A DNA stretch of 63,238 nucleotides, the filler included, from Intoshia linei (Eukaryota > Animalia > Orthonectida), in the NCBI GenBank assembly GCA_001642005.1. It is 7 parts of 7 records of this genome, joined end to end, with 100 filler letters (N's around TTAATTAATTAA, not from the genome) between each part and the next. Parts side by side here need not be neighbours in the genome. Positions count along the whole stretch, not along the records: positions 21,179 to 41,107 come from LWCA01000705.1; 6 more parts are not named here. The stretch is one strand, 5' to 3'. Below are positions 26,701-40,460 of the stretch, one piece after another. The notes under the pieces were generated by a model that saw nothing but the letters and a program-made list of their open reading frames with translations, had not been told where the DNA came from and searched no databases. Position numbers and translations under genes: made by a program. The stretch's first letter is position 1; every line of letters begins with the position of its first letter.

Positions 26701-29700
26701 ATGATAATCTCAGAGCACTCGTCAACAACTGGACAGATCTATTATAATGCAGCGCTAGAGAATCATCAAAATCACTTAAAAGCGAATGTAACGAAACTGA
26801 AGTCAATTTCACAAACAAAAATGGCAAATTAAAAACAACATGATCATTCAGCTCATTAAATCTACCAGATATAATCAAATGATAAGGCAACTCAGAAATT
26901 TTCCGCAAATTAAACTGCACCTTACATTTATCATTATGTTCCAAAATAAAACACAAGGGTTGAGTTGATACAGCCCGATCCGCCATACCTGTAGATTCTT
27001 TTAAATTAAATCTCTCCATTTGCCTAAGATTATATTTAAAAGGTTTCTTTACACCGTTCGCCCATGTGCCCAAAAAATAATCCGCCAATATATTATGTAG
27101 ACTAAATCCAACATTTTCATTTGATAAGTAAATTTCTCGAGTTGCATGCGTAAATTGCTTATGATACCAATTTAAAATTGTTATTCCGTCAACTTCTCGT
27201 TCCGTCAAATATTGAATTAAATCGTTTTGAATCCGCTTTGATAATAAAGACGGAATTCTTCGAACAGGTGGTAAATGATATTGAAATACATCATTCAATA
27301 TTTTATCGTCTAAGGACAAAATATCTTCAATTTCAATTTCACTTAATCCAGATCGTGAGGCTGTTATATATGCTAATGTTCGAGATACAATGATTTTACC
27401 ATGCTTATTTTCCAATTGCTCAAATAATACACGAATCATTGTGGCTACATTTGGAGATTCGAATAATGTTTTGTTTTCAGGTGAATCTAACAAATTGTAA
27501 GAGTGCCAGTTGTTGATTCGATCAAATAGTAATTTTATAAATAGTGCGTTGTTGCATTTTTTTACCATGTCACAGCAAATCACCCATTGTGGTTCAGTCA
27601 GTTTTCGGCTGTTGTCGTTTAACCATTTTCTAAATTTTTAATTACAGGTATAAATTGTAATGTTCCATTTTAGCTTATAGATTTGTATATTAAAGTCAAT
27701 TCAAAAATGAGGGGCGTTTAGTAATTAATAGTTAGATATCTATATCTTTATATAGGTCCTATTTTTCATTTAGAGGAAATTGAAACATGTTAGGTTCTGC
27801 TATTCGTAGATCAATGCTGTCCAACCAATTTTAATTTCCATTATTCAACTCAAATATCAATCAAAAAAATTTTCGCGAAATATCAATTCGTTACTTCAGT
27901 TCTTTACCTTTTTTAAATTTAGTACCCGACAGGTAGAACAGGGGTTCTCAACTTTTTTTATAATCGCCCCTTGCACACTTCAAAATAAACATTACAAATT
28001 TTTAGACTGATAAAATTTATTATAGTGAGTGTTTTCAATTACCTGTTCGTAACACATTGTTACTGTTACTCAATTTTTTAAAGAATCCACCCATAGAATC
28101 AATAATTATAATTATCTCAAAAAATTGTGATACTTTTGTATGTTTTTTAGCAATAAAATATAAGTAAAAGACTTTAACATTTTAATCAAATGACGAACAA
28201 TAATTTTTGACCTTAAAAAAAATTTATTAGATTATGTATTTTGTGAAATAAAATAGAAAAATCACCGCTTAGATGAGAAATTCACCCACCGTAGATAATC
28301 CCTAAGCTAGACCAATTATTTCCAGCACCCTGTGAAAAATAAAAAAATTATACCTTAAAATTTAACGTCAAAATCGTATTCTATTGATATTTTTAAAAAC
28401 CACCCTATTAATAATAATCATAATGTATCGAACATAATCAATAAAATCAATAAATGGTAAAAATGAACATGGAAGTATTTGATAGATTTAAATAATCCAC
28501 TTATTTGATCGACAAAGTCAAAAATATATTCCAATTTTAAAATATAATTAATTTCACTTTTTTATGAAAATAATTTTTCTAGTACCCCTAGGGGTGCTAT
28601 CACCCAGCTAAGAAACTATAATTTACTTATATAAAATTGAATAAGGGTGTGTTATCGTTTATTTAACAAAATTAACAATTCTAGAATGTAAAAAATGGTT
28701 TATTATAATTAAAAATAAAAAAGTAGGTTATCATAATTGTAGGTCCGGGTCATATGGCCCCTAGTCCCTCTCCTCATCCTTTCTGATATTGTACCATTTT
28801 TATGATTCCTAGATTATTAGAAACTTATCATTGTTAATGCATCCCAAAGTTATACTTAATTTTGTTGGAAAAATCGAATTTTTGAATTTAAATTATTCTT
28901 TTTCCATCTTAGCCACAGATTTTTTAATTCGAGCTCACATGGAAAGTAAAAAAATTTGGTAACCACTATTATTAGATAATTTAAAAATAACTTGATAATT
29001 TCAATCGACAAAGATTCACCCAAATCTGAAATAAATTCAAATTGATCATTATCCTTAATAAGAACACGTAAAACTTTTAAAATGTTATTTGAATCAATAT
29101 CAGTAGAAACAATAATTTTGACATGAGGTGGTAATTTAATTGGCAGCCACCCCATATGATGAGCTGAGAAATTATTAGTAAGTTGATCCACAGCATCCAA
29201 CAAAATAATGACTGGCCGGTCCTGTTTAGCCAAGTCTAATAATCTTTCAAAAAAAATGATCAATTCCACTGAATTGTCAGGAATAGTTGAATTTAGTACA
29301 CTTCGAATTTCATTAATAATAGGTTGTTTAGTCTTTGTTTTAAATTTTTCATCAAGTTCCAACATGTAAACATCTCGAAAAACCAACAAGAGCTGTTCAC
29401 AAATACTAGATAGCAATGGAATAATGGATGAACTATCGGGTGTAGTTCCCAAAAATCTTACAATCACAAACGCATGAGATTTACCAATAAACCATTCGCG
29501 TATCAAGGCCATTAATTTACCAATAATTGAAGTTTTCCCTGCACCACTGGGTCCATATATACAAAACGGAGCATTTGAACAATTCAACAGATATTCTTTA
29601 ATATTATCGAAAATTTCATATCGACCACAAAATTTTGTAATAATTTCTTTAGCAATATGCAAGTGTTGTAAAATTTCACTACAGGATGTATGATACTCCA

Positions 29701-32537
29701 AATGGTTCACTTTTTTGTAATTCAAAGAAATCATTTCAATCATTTTAAAATAAAAATGTTTACAAAACACTTGTAAATATTCTTCATGGTGTGATGGGTT
29801 GATCCCTTCTGGACTAAACCAATCAATTGAAAAATTGTAAATATTGTCTTTGGATAAAACATTTGTTAATGTCACATTTCGCAATTTATTCATCAGTCTT
29901 TGTGATTCAGTGTTTATATAATTTCCTGTATAGTCTAAAAAATTTCGAGTAAATACTGAACCAACATTTTCAATTTTTTCAATGTCTCTTTTGTAAACTA
30001 AAATTTATTCAATTTATGATGCCCATTTAAGTCAAACCTAAACAGTTATCATTGGGTTCATCTACTTCCAAGATTCCACAACGTATTTCACGTTCAGTTA
30101 CTGAAATAAAATAATTTAACATGCTTTCTTTATCAATTTTTCTACAATTTTAATTTTTATTAATTTAGGGCGAACATTCAGTTGAACGACATAGTTTGAG
30201 CGACATAATCCTAGATTTTGTTAATCAATCATAATATTTATTTTTTGACAATATTTTTTTGGTTTCTTTAATGCAATGACCATAATTTTGTATGGTTTTT
30301 TTCGGGAATAATTTTTAAATATTTTGAAGATAAATTTGCGATTAAAATTTTGTAAGGTTTTAAAAGTTTTTTTTTCATATTTTTTACAGATTTTGAATAT
30401 ATTTTTGGACCAAAATTATGTAGGGTTTTGAAGGAAATATTTTTAACGTTTTATGAAATCTAGTGATTGTGACGGAAAGTAAAAACCGGGACAAAATTGC
30501 CGGTAATTAAATGACCCGCGATTTTTATCATTTTCTGGAATTTCCCGAAATTAATTGAGACATACCTGTATTTGATTTATGTTTGTTATTACTATTAAAA
30601 TATAATTATATTATAATATTTAAAATTTACCATTTCAAGCCCTCATGGAAAAATTGTCTTACACCGATATTCTTTTCGAAAATCCGATTTTACGAAATCT
30701 TATAAAAAAAATCCACTTCATCAAACCACAAATAAAAAATCTAATTTTCCAGCCCTTAATGGAAAAATATCCTTTTTTTAAAAACCTCTTATTCCAACCA
30801 CAAAATACTAACGCTTAAGGGAATTATCCTCTTTTTTCAATATTATTTTGAAAAATATTATAAGTTGTTACGAACTGGAACGCTATCATCAAGAGTGTTA
30901 AAATTAAAGGAAGCCCTTATGACCGTTCAACCTACGTCAACACAAAATGAAAGAAATTTCTCTAATTTCGTTACCAAACGTAGAACGCGTTTAAAAAACA
31001 AATCTATCAATATTATGTGTTTTTTGAAACACTTTTTCAACAATCTAAAATAAATAAATTTTTTTCTAATTAAATTTGTAAATTTCAATTTAGATTCGTG
31101 TTATTTCATTCATTAAATTTCTTTTTGTTTCTAAAATTACTTAAGGTCTCTTAATCGTAATTTTTAATGGTTCTATATAATATATGAATAAAAATTTTTT
31201 ATTTTTCCCGGGAAATTTCATTTTTAATTTCCCGGTTCTCGACTTTTGTCATTTCCCGGGAAATCACAATCACTAAAAAGTCTTCAAAATATTTAAAATT
31301 GTGTAAAAAATATTCCCTTAAAAACACTAGAAAATTATAAATATAAGATAATAAATAAAAAAGAATAAAGATATCCACTAAAATTTCGTGAAAAAATCAA
31401 TGATATGATAAATTAATAAAATTTAGATTATGTCACTCCAAGATGTATCGCTCAAATGAATGTCACTCCAGAGAATGGACGTCTTAATTTTAAATTATAA
31501 GTAAAAATTTTTAATACCTCGATAATTTTAAAAATAAAACACCGCGTCGTAAAATACTAAAATGTAAATTTTATTTTATTTTCATAAATATTGTAAAAAA
31601 ATTACAAAGACATTTTGTTCATAATATGCCACCATTTGTCACAATCAATCTGCATTTTTTTTTCAGACCGCTAAAAAGATGAAAAATAGTGATAAATTTT
31701 ACAATGTAATAAAAATTAAACTAGAAACCTTGTTATTGAAATTGGTAAGTATTGAGCTAACTGGTTGCAAAACATATACACTAGGAAAAGAATTTTCGTC
31801 GAGTTTATACCAGGTATTTAAAAGTTGACAATCATCTGGATAGTTTACAGTAAAATCCAGAATATTATCAAATTCAACACTATTGATAATCCGTAATAAT
31901 GGACGGTAACCGTATTTTTGACCAGAAAACAACTAAATAAATAGATACATAGTATATTACACATGTAACACAATGATTAAATTTTAATCTCAGAAATTAG
32001 CACCTTCATGGTCAAAAAAGCACTACTTTTTTTTCTGGAATTATTTCATTAACAATAAATAAAATGACCTTAAATACAAAATTGACCAGTACAATTTGAT
32101 GACTTTAAAAAAACGTACAACAAAATTAGGTCCAATCGACAACCTTTGACAATTTTTAATTTCATTCAAACATATATCAGCAGTCATATGATCGTCTGTA
32201 GCTTCATCTCGAACGCCCCATCTCATATCAACAACCTAAAATTAAATTACACAGACAAACAAAAGTGACACCTGAAAGTCGATACCATAATTAACCCTAC
32301 AAAATTCTTTAACTCTTGGATAAACTTTTTCAATAAGAGCGTTCCGTTCATGTTTAGTGTCTAAAAAAATGATTTAGGAAAAATTTAATTTTAAAGCAAA
32401 AAAATTAATAAAAATGCAAATTTACCTGTAAAAGTACTGCTAGTAAATATACGTACAATTTTAGAGTTTAGAGTCGGTAATTTTTTCAAATGGCCTTCTA
32501 GAATCCTCTTAATCTGAATAGCATAATCGTCAACCAT
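23720..32537 (-). CDS. NACHT and WD40 repeat protein (NWD1/NWD2 family; DUF4062-NACHT-WD40), ~1881 aa, 9 exons
   Basis: Exons 32426-32537, 32272-32360, 32119-32235, 31729-31932, 31606-31670, 31518-31556, 30038-30141, 28992-29997, 23720-27629 splice in phase (5646 nt). Motifs: IVRIFTSSTFTD, DMRWGVRDEATDDH, GQKYGYRP (DUF4062); Walker A GPSGAGKTS; VRFLGTTP; Walker B IILLDAVDQL; GLSEIEIEDILSLDD; RKISELPYHL; WD40 repeats (VTSSIDKSIKVWN). The protein ends in CTIF. Confidence 0.93.
30168..31470. mobile_element. Long imperfect-TIR (foldback/Mutator-like) element in NWD intron 6
   Basis: 30170-30260 (...ACATTCAGTTGAACGACATAGTTTGAGCGACATAATCCTAGATTTT) is an imperfect inverted repeat of 31380-31470 (...AAATTTAGATTATGTCACTCCAAGATGTATCGCTCAAATGAATGTCAC). 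A related end occurs near 34985-35345. Confidence 0.55.
30461..31275 (+). mobile_element. hAT deletion derivative nested inside the foldback element
   Basis: 12-bp TIR TAGTGATTGTGA / TCACAATCACTA and subterminal CCCGG(G)AA repeats. ORF 30865..31053 (PTSTQNERNFS...KRRTRLKNKSINIMCFLK) is a hAT C-terminal dimerisation domain remnant. Confidence 0.8.
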
Positions 32538-33391
32538 TTAACGACTCTCAATGTAGTGTTTATAATTTAAATTTCATAATGACGCTCCAGATTAAAATTA
32601 TAAAACAATACTCAGAATATGAAAAGAAAAACAAAACATTTGAAATATTTCAAGTTAAATTATATAAATATCATTCAATTTACTAAATTAAAATATTAAA
32701 CTATTATTTTCAAATAGTGTCTTTAATTTGATACTGTTCCAATTAATATAAATGTACAATTGATAATTTATTAGTAAAAAATGAATTAATCGTATCTAAG
32801 TAAGAAACGATACATTATTTTACCCCACAACATGTAATTTTTACATTTTGGACAATTTCCACCTATCGGGAGAATTTGCTGCGAGTTTTCATCTTTTGTG
32901 AGTTTGTAGCTCAAACATAAAATGTGAAAATTGGCGAAACAGGTTGTGTTCAGACAGTCCAATCTTTTTAATGTCTAATTAATATTTTATATATATATAA
33001 TTTAAAAATAAAAAAAATAAAATTTCCGCAAATTATTTCCGCAGTTATTGCTAATTAATACAAGTTAAATGGTAAAAAACGTTATAGAGAAAGATAATGA
33101 AATATTCTATTGTTAAAATAATAATTGTTATTTATTAATTATACATGTTCGATATAAAATATACAAAAAATGTGGCTTCAATTTGACTAAATTATAGGTT
33201 TATAACCTTTTAATTGGATTTATCAATCAAAATTTTACAAGTCGTTTTAATCATTCCATGCATAAATACATATCATTTTTAGGCACCATAATAGCTATAT
33301 ACAAGCATACATGCATTCAACACACGAGTTTTGTAAAAGTGTAAAAATTATAAGCTATGATATGTAATTTTTTACTATTTAGTCTATTGAA

Positions 33392-36300
33392 TCAAAATTT
33401 CAATTTTTGCATGTTGAAATATATAAATAATTTATTTTCAAAAACTTTATTATTTAACGATATTATATTATGGATTATTCTATACTGATATATGGTTTCT
33501 ATAACAACGCGGTAATCAAAAGTAATTATTCTCGCACTGTAGTGAGTAGAAAGTAAATTAATGTTCTTATATGAACCAATGCAAATGAAGAATTCTTCTG
33601 AAAAGAGAACACAATGAAAGATGACGATGAAAGAAACACATAAAATGCTCAAGTGTAAGATAAAATTTTTGAATTTTCTGACCAGGTTCGACCTAGTGAT
33701 GGCACTGTCCAGACTCTGGATCAATAAATAAAGAGTATATTAAAATTACAGAAAGTGTTTTTTGACAAATAAAACAAGTATCACTAATTTGTTTTGGTTT
33801 CAAGAGCCATTCGTTGTTTTTGATTCCAATTTCAGTCACATCCATATGAATTGGAACTTTCAAGTCCACATTAGCATTTATAATTTGTATTTTATAGTCT
33901 GGCTTTAACCAACAAAATGACAAAGGTAACCGACACCATGGACCAATATTCAACATGTATAACATGATTCTATATTTGTAAATAAATTCAGTTTCTTTGC
34001 GCTTTTTAGGTGGTATTTGTGCTAATAAAAATTAAAGTTATAATAATATTAATTAACCCTATGACATATTGCGATGTTTTTTTATTGTAAAACAACAAAT
34101 GCAAAAATGATAAAAGCGAAATGTCATTTTTTTATATGAACAATTAAAATTATATAAATACGCCCATTAAATTGTATTATCGCACCGTTTAAAATTTTGT
34201 TAAAAAAATTACTCAAAAACTCCTTTTAAAAAGAACTAAAGTTAATGTTTAGGAAATCGAAATTGGAAATAAATATGCTGAAATTTAAAATAAAATGGGT
34301 GTGTTTTTAAACTGTTCATATTACGACTCCACGCATATGTGGAGTTTCGTGTCAAAGGGTTAATAGATATATACTTGTAATTATTACATTGATGGAATGG
34401 ACGGAAATCTTTTTTAAGGCATTACTGCAAAAGAAAAATTTTCAACAACTTTTCGATAGATTATTTTGTTATTGAGAAATTGATAGTCTCAGAATAAAAA
34501 AAAATCATAGCTAATAGTTTGTTTCTTTTAAGATACAGAAAATGAATGATGATAAAGGTTTTTGACCATAAAGGGGTGTGTTTCTGAGGCTCAGATATAT
34601 GATAATGTTAATGATTTAAAAATCGTCCCAGAATTTATGTTTTCTCCAGTTAAAGGGTTAAAATGCAAAAAATTGGTGGTTATTTTAAGAATTGAAAATT
34701 TCAATCACATTTTAATAGCAATAAAAAGTTTCATGTTAAACATAGGCCCTATGAAATAGGGCTACTTTAATTAGTCTGAGTAAGGATACATATTAACATG
34801 TATGTTAATATTAAATATTAATAAATAACTTTTAAAATTACTTAATCGGCGGGATTTTTTTGGATTCTGCCAAGCCCATTCGAACTAAATAGAAAGTATT
34901 GTACAATGTACAGTGTCTAGTTCATATCGGCCGAACAAAAAAATACGGAACCATAATAATTAAACGTAATAAATTATTAAAATCTATGATTATGTCGCTC
35001 TACAACAGGGATGTCTTAAATTCAACAACCTTTTGAATCTCGTGGGTCACTTTTTTATATTAAAAAAATATATGGCCCCGTTTTTGAAAATTTACACATG
35101 ATAAATTTTGATTGAAAAGAAACGTTTCTAGTATTTCAACAAAATAAAATCCGGACCACCTGAAAATTCAGTAATGAATTTAAAATGATTATAATGACCC
35201 AATTATAGTAGAAAAGGTTTAAAACCGTGTTTTAAAGTTGAAAAATAAATAATTTAAATATTTACTCAAAGGATCACTAAAATTATTATGTGCGACACTG
35301 GTTGCCAACCCTGCTCTAAGATGTATTAGCTCAAATTAATATCGCTGTAAAGCAGTGTTTCTTAATCTTTTTTACTTCAAGTCGCATCTGTGGTATAAAT
35401 AAAAATTTTGATAAGAAAAAAACATGGATATTCGATAATGTTCAAATATTAAAAACGATAAAAATATAAAATTATAATAATTAATTATTATTATTAATAA
35501 TACAAAAATACTTTTTATTTGGTGACTTAAATTTCGTAAAGAACATTTGATGAAATGTTGATATTTTGAGTAGTTTTAGTTTATTTACTTTTTATATCTC
35601 AATTTATATAGTCTAAGTCCTTATTAACTCCGTCGGAATTGAAAATTCCGGTAATATGAAATTTTCTTCATAGTAACACCCTAGTTAATGGAATTTAATT
35701 TTTATAAATAAAAACCATTAAATAATCATATTTATTGTTATTATGAGTTTTTTTAATAATACATGGCAAAGTAATATGCATAGAACATTATCAACGGGTC
35801 AATGAAAAATTTCATAAATTTTAAATTATTTACAAATATAAATAAAATGAAAAATCATATTTTCGCAATGATAGTAATTATTTCTAATTAAAGCCGTCTA
35901 ATTTAATATCTATGAATTTTTTGATAAAAAACGTGATAAATTGACTTATAATTAGTTGATATTTATGATTCTCTTAAAAATAGATTCTAGAGCAGTGGTT
36001 TTCAAGCTATTTGTGTTCGCGACCCCCTTATAAACATAAAAAATTTTCTATATACATGTACTCCAAACATCTTATCAATTCACATAAATGAAAATATTAA
36101 AAAAGCATATTTAGTTTTATTTATATTTTATATTTTGTTCAAATTCTCACGACCCCCTGATAAATTTCGCGACCTCCCTAGTGGTCGCGATCCCCCGGTT
36201 GAAAACCACTGTTCTAGAGCTTTACCTTACATACAATCAATTTTAATTTGGTGTTAAATGTAAAGCCAAAACTACTTATCTATGATGACGAACAAAAATT

Positions 36301-37249
36301 TTCGGCTTAAAATTTATTCCAAATAAACTAAAAGTGATATTACGTATTTTTCTGGCCACTTTAATTAAATGGTCAATCCCTAAATGTTCATCAAATAATT
36401 CTCAATGTAAAAGTTTGACACTAATTTTTAAAAATTTATAAAATAAAGTCAAATTTTTTGCGGCGCATCTCAACTCTACTCATGGCGCATAATCGCGCAG
36501 CAGTGAACCGGTTAAGATGACTGGAGGATGTACGCCAAAGTTTGAACATATTTTTCTTTGTTGCCATTATTTGACCACCATTATCAATATGTTCCCAATT
36601 ACAAAAGTAAACTAAACAATACGAAATGATGGATCAAATCTTTACCAACTTGAAATAGATTTGATAATTATCAAATCCCCATTATTAATTTTTGACTACA
36701 CAATGCAGTACACATGTAATCACTGGGCACTAATGGGTTGGATATTTTATAATTAATTAAAAATAACAAATATACTCTGAGTGCAGACACATTATTCGGA
36801 AATCCATAAATAATTAATATCATATCCCTAAATAGCAATTAATCAATATATGTTGGTTCTAGCCCATTATTATTAAGAGCCCAAAAAATTAATCAGGAAA
36901 TTTGTATTATCCTACTTCCATAATTTACCTAAACCTATCAAATTTGTGAAAACGTCGGGAAACACTAATCTACACTGTAGATTCTACAGAATATAATGAA
37001 AAAAATTTACCATGGCCCAGCTCTAAGAGTTTTGCTGGCACCACCCTTTATAAGTCTGTTATGCTGTCTAACTCTGCGATAAGGATTGACAGTATAACCA
37101 ATATATGTTTTTCCAAGATATTTTTCGTTTAAGGAATAAAGTAAATAACAGCCATTGAAATTTTTGATATCTGCGTATTTGGGTATTTGAGTCAATAAAA
37201 TTTCTTCATCTGAACTTGAAGAATAATTTGTCATGTCAAGTTTTGACAT
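33392..37249 (-). CDS. SLX1: Structure-specific endonuclease subunit SLX1 (GIY-YIG); 3' end uncertain and RING region degenerate
   Basis: Exons 37011-37249, 36776-36827, 34842-34884, 33750-34021 (plus possibly 33392-33715) are in phase. Translation: [82 protein letters not shown]. Without the last splice the stop is at 33693. Confidence 0.9.
35993..36211. mobile_element. 219-bp hAT Charlie-type MITE in an SLX1 intron
   Basis: TIR CAGTGGTTTTCAA / TTGAAAACCACTG, perfect 8-bp TSD TTCTAGAG (the NTCTAGAN Charlie-type target), and internal CGCGACCCC repeats. Confidence 0.9.
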
Positions 37250-37746
37250 AATTTTTTACAATTAATAAAAAAAATTTTGGTCATTTTGTGATTTATTTCA
37301 TTTCTTCCGTATTCATTCTTATAAATTTTTTGATGGTTTAAATTCAAATTGATTATTTGTATATTGAAATTGCGCCATTTAAAACTTTATTACATTTATA
37401 TTGAAAATTTCAAATTAATAAATTTATTGTTAATTTAAATGTAAAATTATAAATAGAAACCAAACGAAAATACTTAGATTTTAATGTCATTGCAGCGTCT
37501 CAATGTTTTATTTTAAAACTATATTACGATATTTTTGAAACTATACAATATTATTATCGATAACGATAGCGAAATAAAATTTATTTGAAATTGAATGGTA
37601 CATTGCTTTTCTAAAAAAAATATAAAAATTTGAACGTTATTATAAAACCACACAATATGATAAAATGGAAAAACGATTTAACATGGTTTATAAACATAAA
37701 ATCATTACATTTAATGCGTTCATTGATACATGCAAATTAAATTAAC

Positions 37747-38279
37747 TTATTCCAATTTTGAATTGACATATTGAGCAATTTTATTGTAAAATGTTTTATG
37801 ATCAATTTTTGAAGGATATCTTCTATATGCCAGTTCATTTTCATTTAATAATTTTTCCATTTCTATATCTAAACAAATAAATAAAAAGTAGACAGTAAAA
37901 AAAGGCTCCGCCCTCACTAAACATGAAAAACCCATAACCGACATTACCGTACTTGGCCAATCTAAAAATATTTTCATTGACACGTAGTTTATAGTATACA
38001 TTTAAAAAACCTTGAGGAAAATTTTTTAAATTACCCTCTAATGTTGGTAAATTTGTTGGTTTGTCAAAAATTTCCACAGCATTGAGCAATCGAATGTGAA
38101 TATTAAAAATGGTAGATTTATCAAGTTTCATATTTCTTTTAGCAGTTACATCAATTCCTAGAAAAAAATAAAAACAACGATATAAATATACGTTGGCATT
38201 TATTGTTTCTGCGCTCATTGTGAATTTGCGCCATTATCACAGCTTCATGCGTAATTTTTGTTTTTGATAAAAGAACCAT
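37747..38279 (-). CDS. Hypothetical ~149-aa protein, possibly a divergent NDUFB10 (complex I PDSW subunit)
   Basis: Exons 38192-38279, 37918-38157, 37747-37868 are phase-consistent (450 nt; introns 34 and 49 nt). The segments KRNMKLDKSTIFNIHIRL, KYGNVGYG and ELAYRRY recall NDUFB10 RRDRMVDNEIVNILRQR, KYGDLGGY and RLIWERR (from memory). Confidence 0.45.
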
Positions 38280-38433
38280 ACTAAATGTTTAATTTGACGT
38301 AAAAACGCAAATGCACACCTTGATTGTGTAAATGAAATGATCTAAAAACTGGTAATCGTATTAAATACAAGAACAAGTAAAATATACATTTAATGATTTT
38401 ACAAATATAGATTTAATTTTTTAACATTTTAAA

Positions 38434-39670
38434 TCAAACCGTTTGTAAAACTAAAGAGGGTTTTTTAAAGAGATGAATGGATATATCATTAAACGATTCG
38501 AAAAATTCATCATCCTTGAATATATTCAATTTAATTTCTTGTAAAACATCTAATGCATAGAACATGTAAGGAAAATCCGCACGAGCAATGCGACTGGGTA
38601 CGGATATAAAAAATGATCCTATACTGTTACCAACCAATATTACTTTATTCAAAGATTCTTCATTAGAATTAGCCATGATAACATTTTCGATGAGTAGTCG
38701 ATCACAATGCGGCATAAAAAATAGAGTATTCCCGGTAGAATTTGCCTTCCTCTTCCCATACTCATTAATTTCAATGATATTATAGTTAAAATGACGTATA
38801 AATTCTTTTTCAACGCTAATTAAATAGTTAAAAGTAAATGAATAATTAAAAAGTAAAATAAAAACGGTACCTATTAAAACAAGGATCAAAAAAAAAAACT
38901 GCCGTAGGTGAAACATTGAAATTACTAACAAGAGAAACTAAAAAACAAAACTGAACTAGAGACGATCTGTTGTAACTAAATGGGCCTATACCATAGCATA
39001 CAACTTGAGTAATTCTACTAGGTTCAGTAATTCTAGGGAAATCGGTTCCTTTTACATTGATCGACATGTTTAATATCTTATCAGAGATTTCATCTGAAGA
39101 TGAAGAATTTGATACAACAGAATAAGTTCTTTCCATCTTTTTTTTTTTAATCAAATTTTCATTAATTTTGACGGTTTGAGGAACACTTACTCGTCTTGAT
39201 TTCACAAATTTTGAATTTGGTTTGTCCATAATGGGTTTTTTAATAAATTTTTTGTATTTAAAATTTGACTTTGTCTTTGATTTTTTATTTAAAGTTGAAA
39301 TTTTTCTATCAGGTTCAATTACAGGTTCATTTTTTTTATTCTTAACTATCCCAGTTTGAGTATTTTCACCAAACTGTGCATGTTGTTTTAAACCAGATTC
39401 AACACTGTTTATAAAATTTTTATCATATTTCGTTTGTTTAAAATATTTCAATTTATTTTCAAATTTTTCAATCAAATCTTGTAAACCGATATTGTTTTCT
39501 ATAGGTGGTATGGCAAATATTACTTGATTTTCTTTCATGCGACGGTATTGGTTTGTTTTTCTATAGTGGACTATTTTAAAATCATCGTTATCATATTTTC
39601 CGAAAAAATTTATATATCCAGATGCTTCACTAGTCTCGGATTTATCTTTAGACTGATTTATAAAAGACAT
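38434..39670 (-). CDS. SRRD: SRR1-like protein (~393 aa, 2 exons)
   Basis: Exons 38871-39670 and 38434-38815 (55-nt intron). SRR1 motifs: VVCYGIGPFS..Q..FL, FFDPCF..E, INEYGKR, TLFFMPHC, VILVGNS, SFNDISIHLF. A long K-rich insertion precedes the domain. Confidence 0.88.
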
Positions 39671-40460
39671 GCTCGTTTTATTTTCAATTTATCATTTCTA
39701 TATTCCACCTATATCAATATAATTTTCAAACTTTTTCTTTTATTACTATTGGTTTTTCACTATGGCAAGTTCAATTATTGTTGCTTTTATATATCAATCA
39801 ACTTTTTTAGTTTTTTTGTTGTCAGTAAACTAGAAATCAGGTATATTGGTTTCTAGGTTATAGACCAGATTAACGCGACACAAATATCATAATGTAAATG
39901 ACAACCAAATAGCAAGATGATTTCGGCAGTACAGTGGAATCTCGATTATACATACAGCAAAATTGTAAATTTAACTTTAGTACGTATAGATAATCAAAAC
40001 TTCATATTACATTTTAAGTTTAGATAATTGGGTTGAAATAAGAATTAGTATTTTTAATAGATTATTTTATACTAAATAATGATGAAATTTTATTTTAAAA
40101 CTTAAATCAATCTAAATATTAATATTCCCTGATCCGAGTGTGTTGTGCTATGTACAAACAACATGTATTTGTATGTATATAGCAAGGTTCTCAACCTTTT
40201 TATCAATATAAAATAATTTAGGACCATCGCAACGCTTGCCTTCTAAACGTGGTACCGACTTTATAATATTGTTCTTTATGTTAAGTTATACTGTTTATCT
40301 TTTAAAATTTGTTTCTAGCTCAATTTTTTTTGATTTTATTACCGATTTAATTTTTCGAATTCTGGCTATTTACATTTAAATTGTATTCAAAGCACCCAAA
40401 AAAAAAATTATATTTTTAAAATTTTTAAATACCTATAATCATATACTATATTATATATAC

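Noticed and set aside
23720-37249. NACHT-WD40 next to a GIY-YIG nuclease as an Avs-like sensor-nuclease defence system
   Set aside because: Both are intron-containing, widely conserved eukaryotic genes (NWD1/2 family and SLX1). Nothing beyond adjacency links them.
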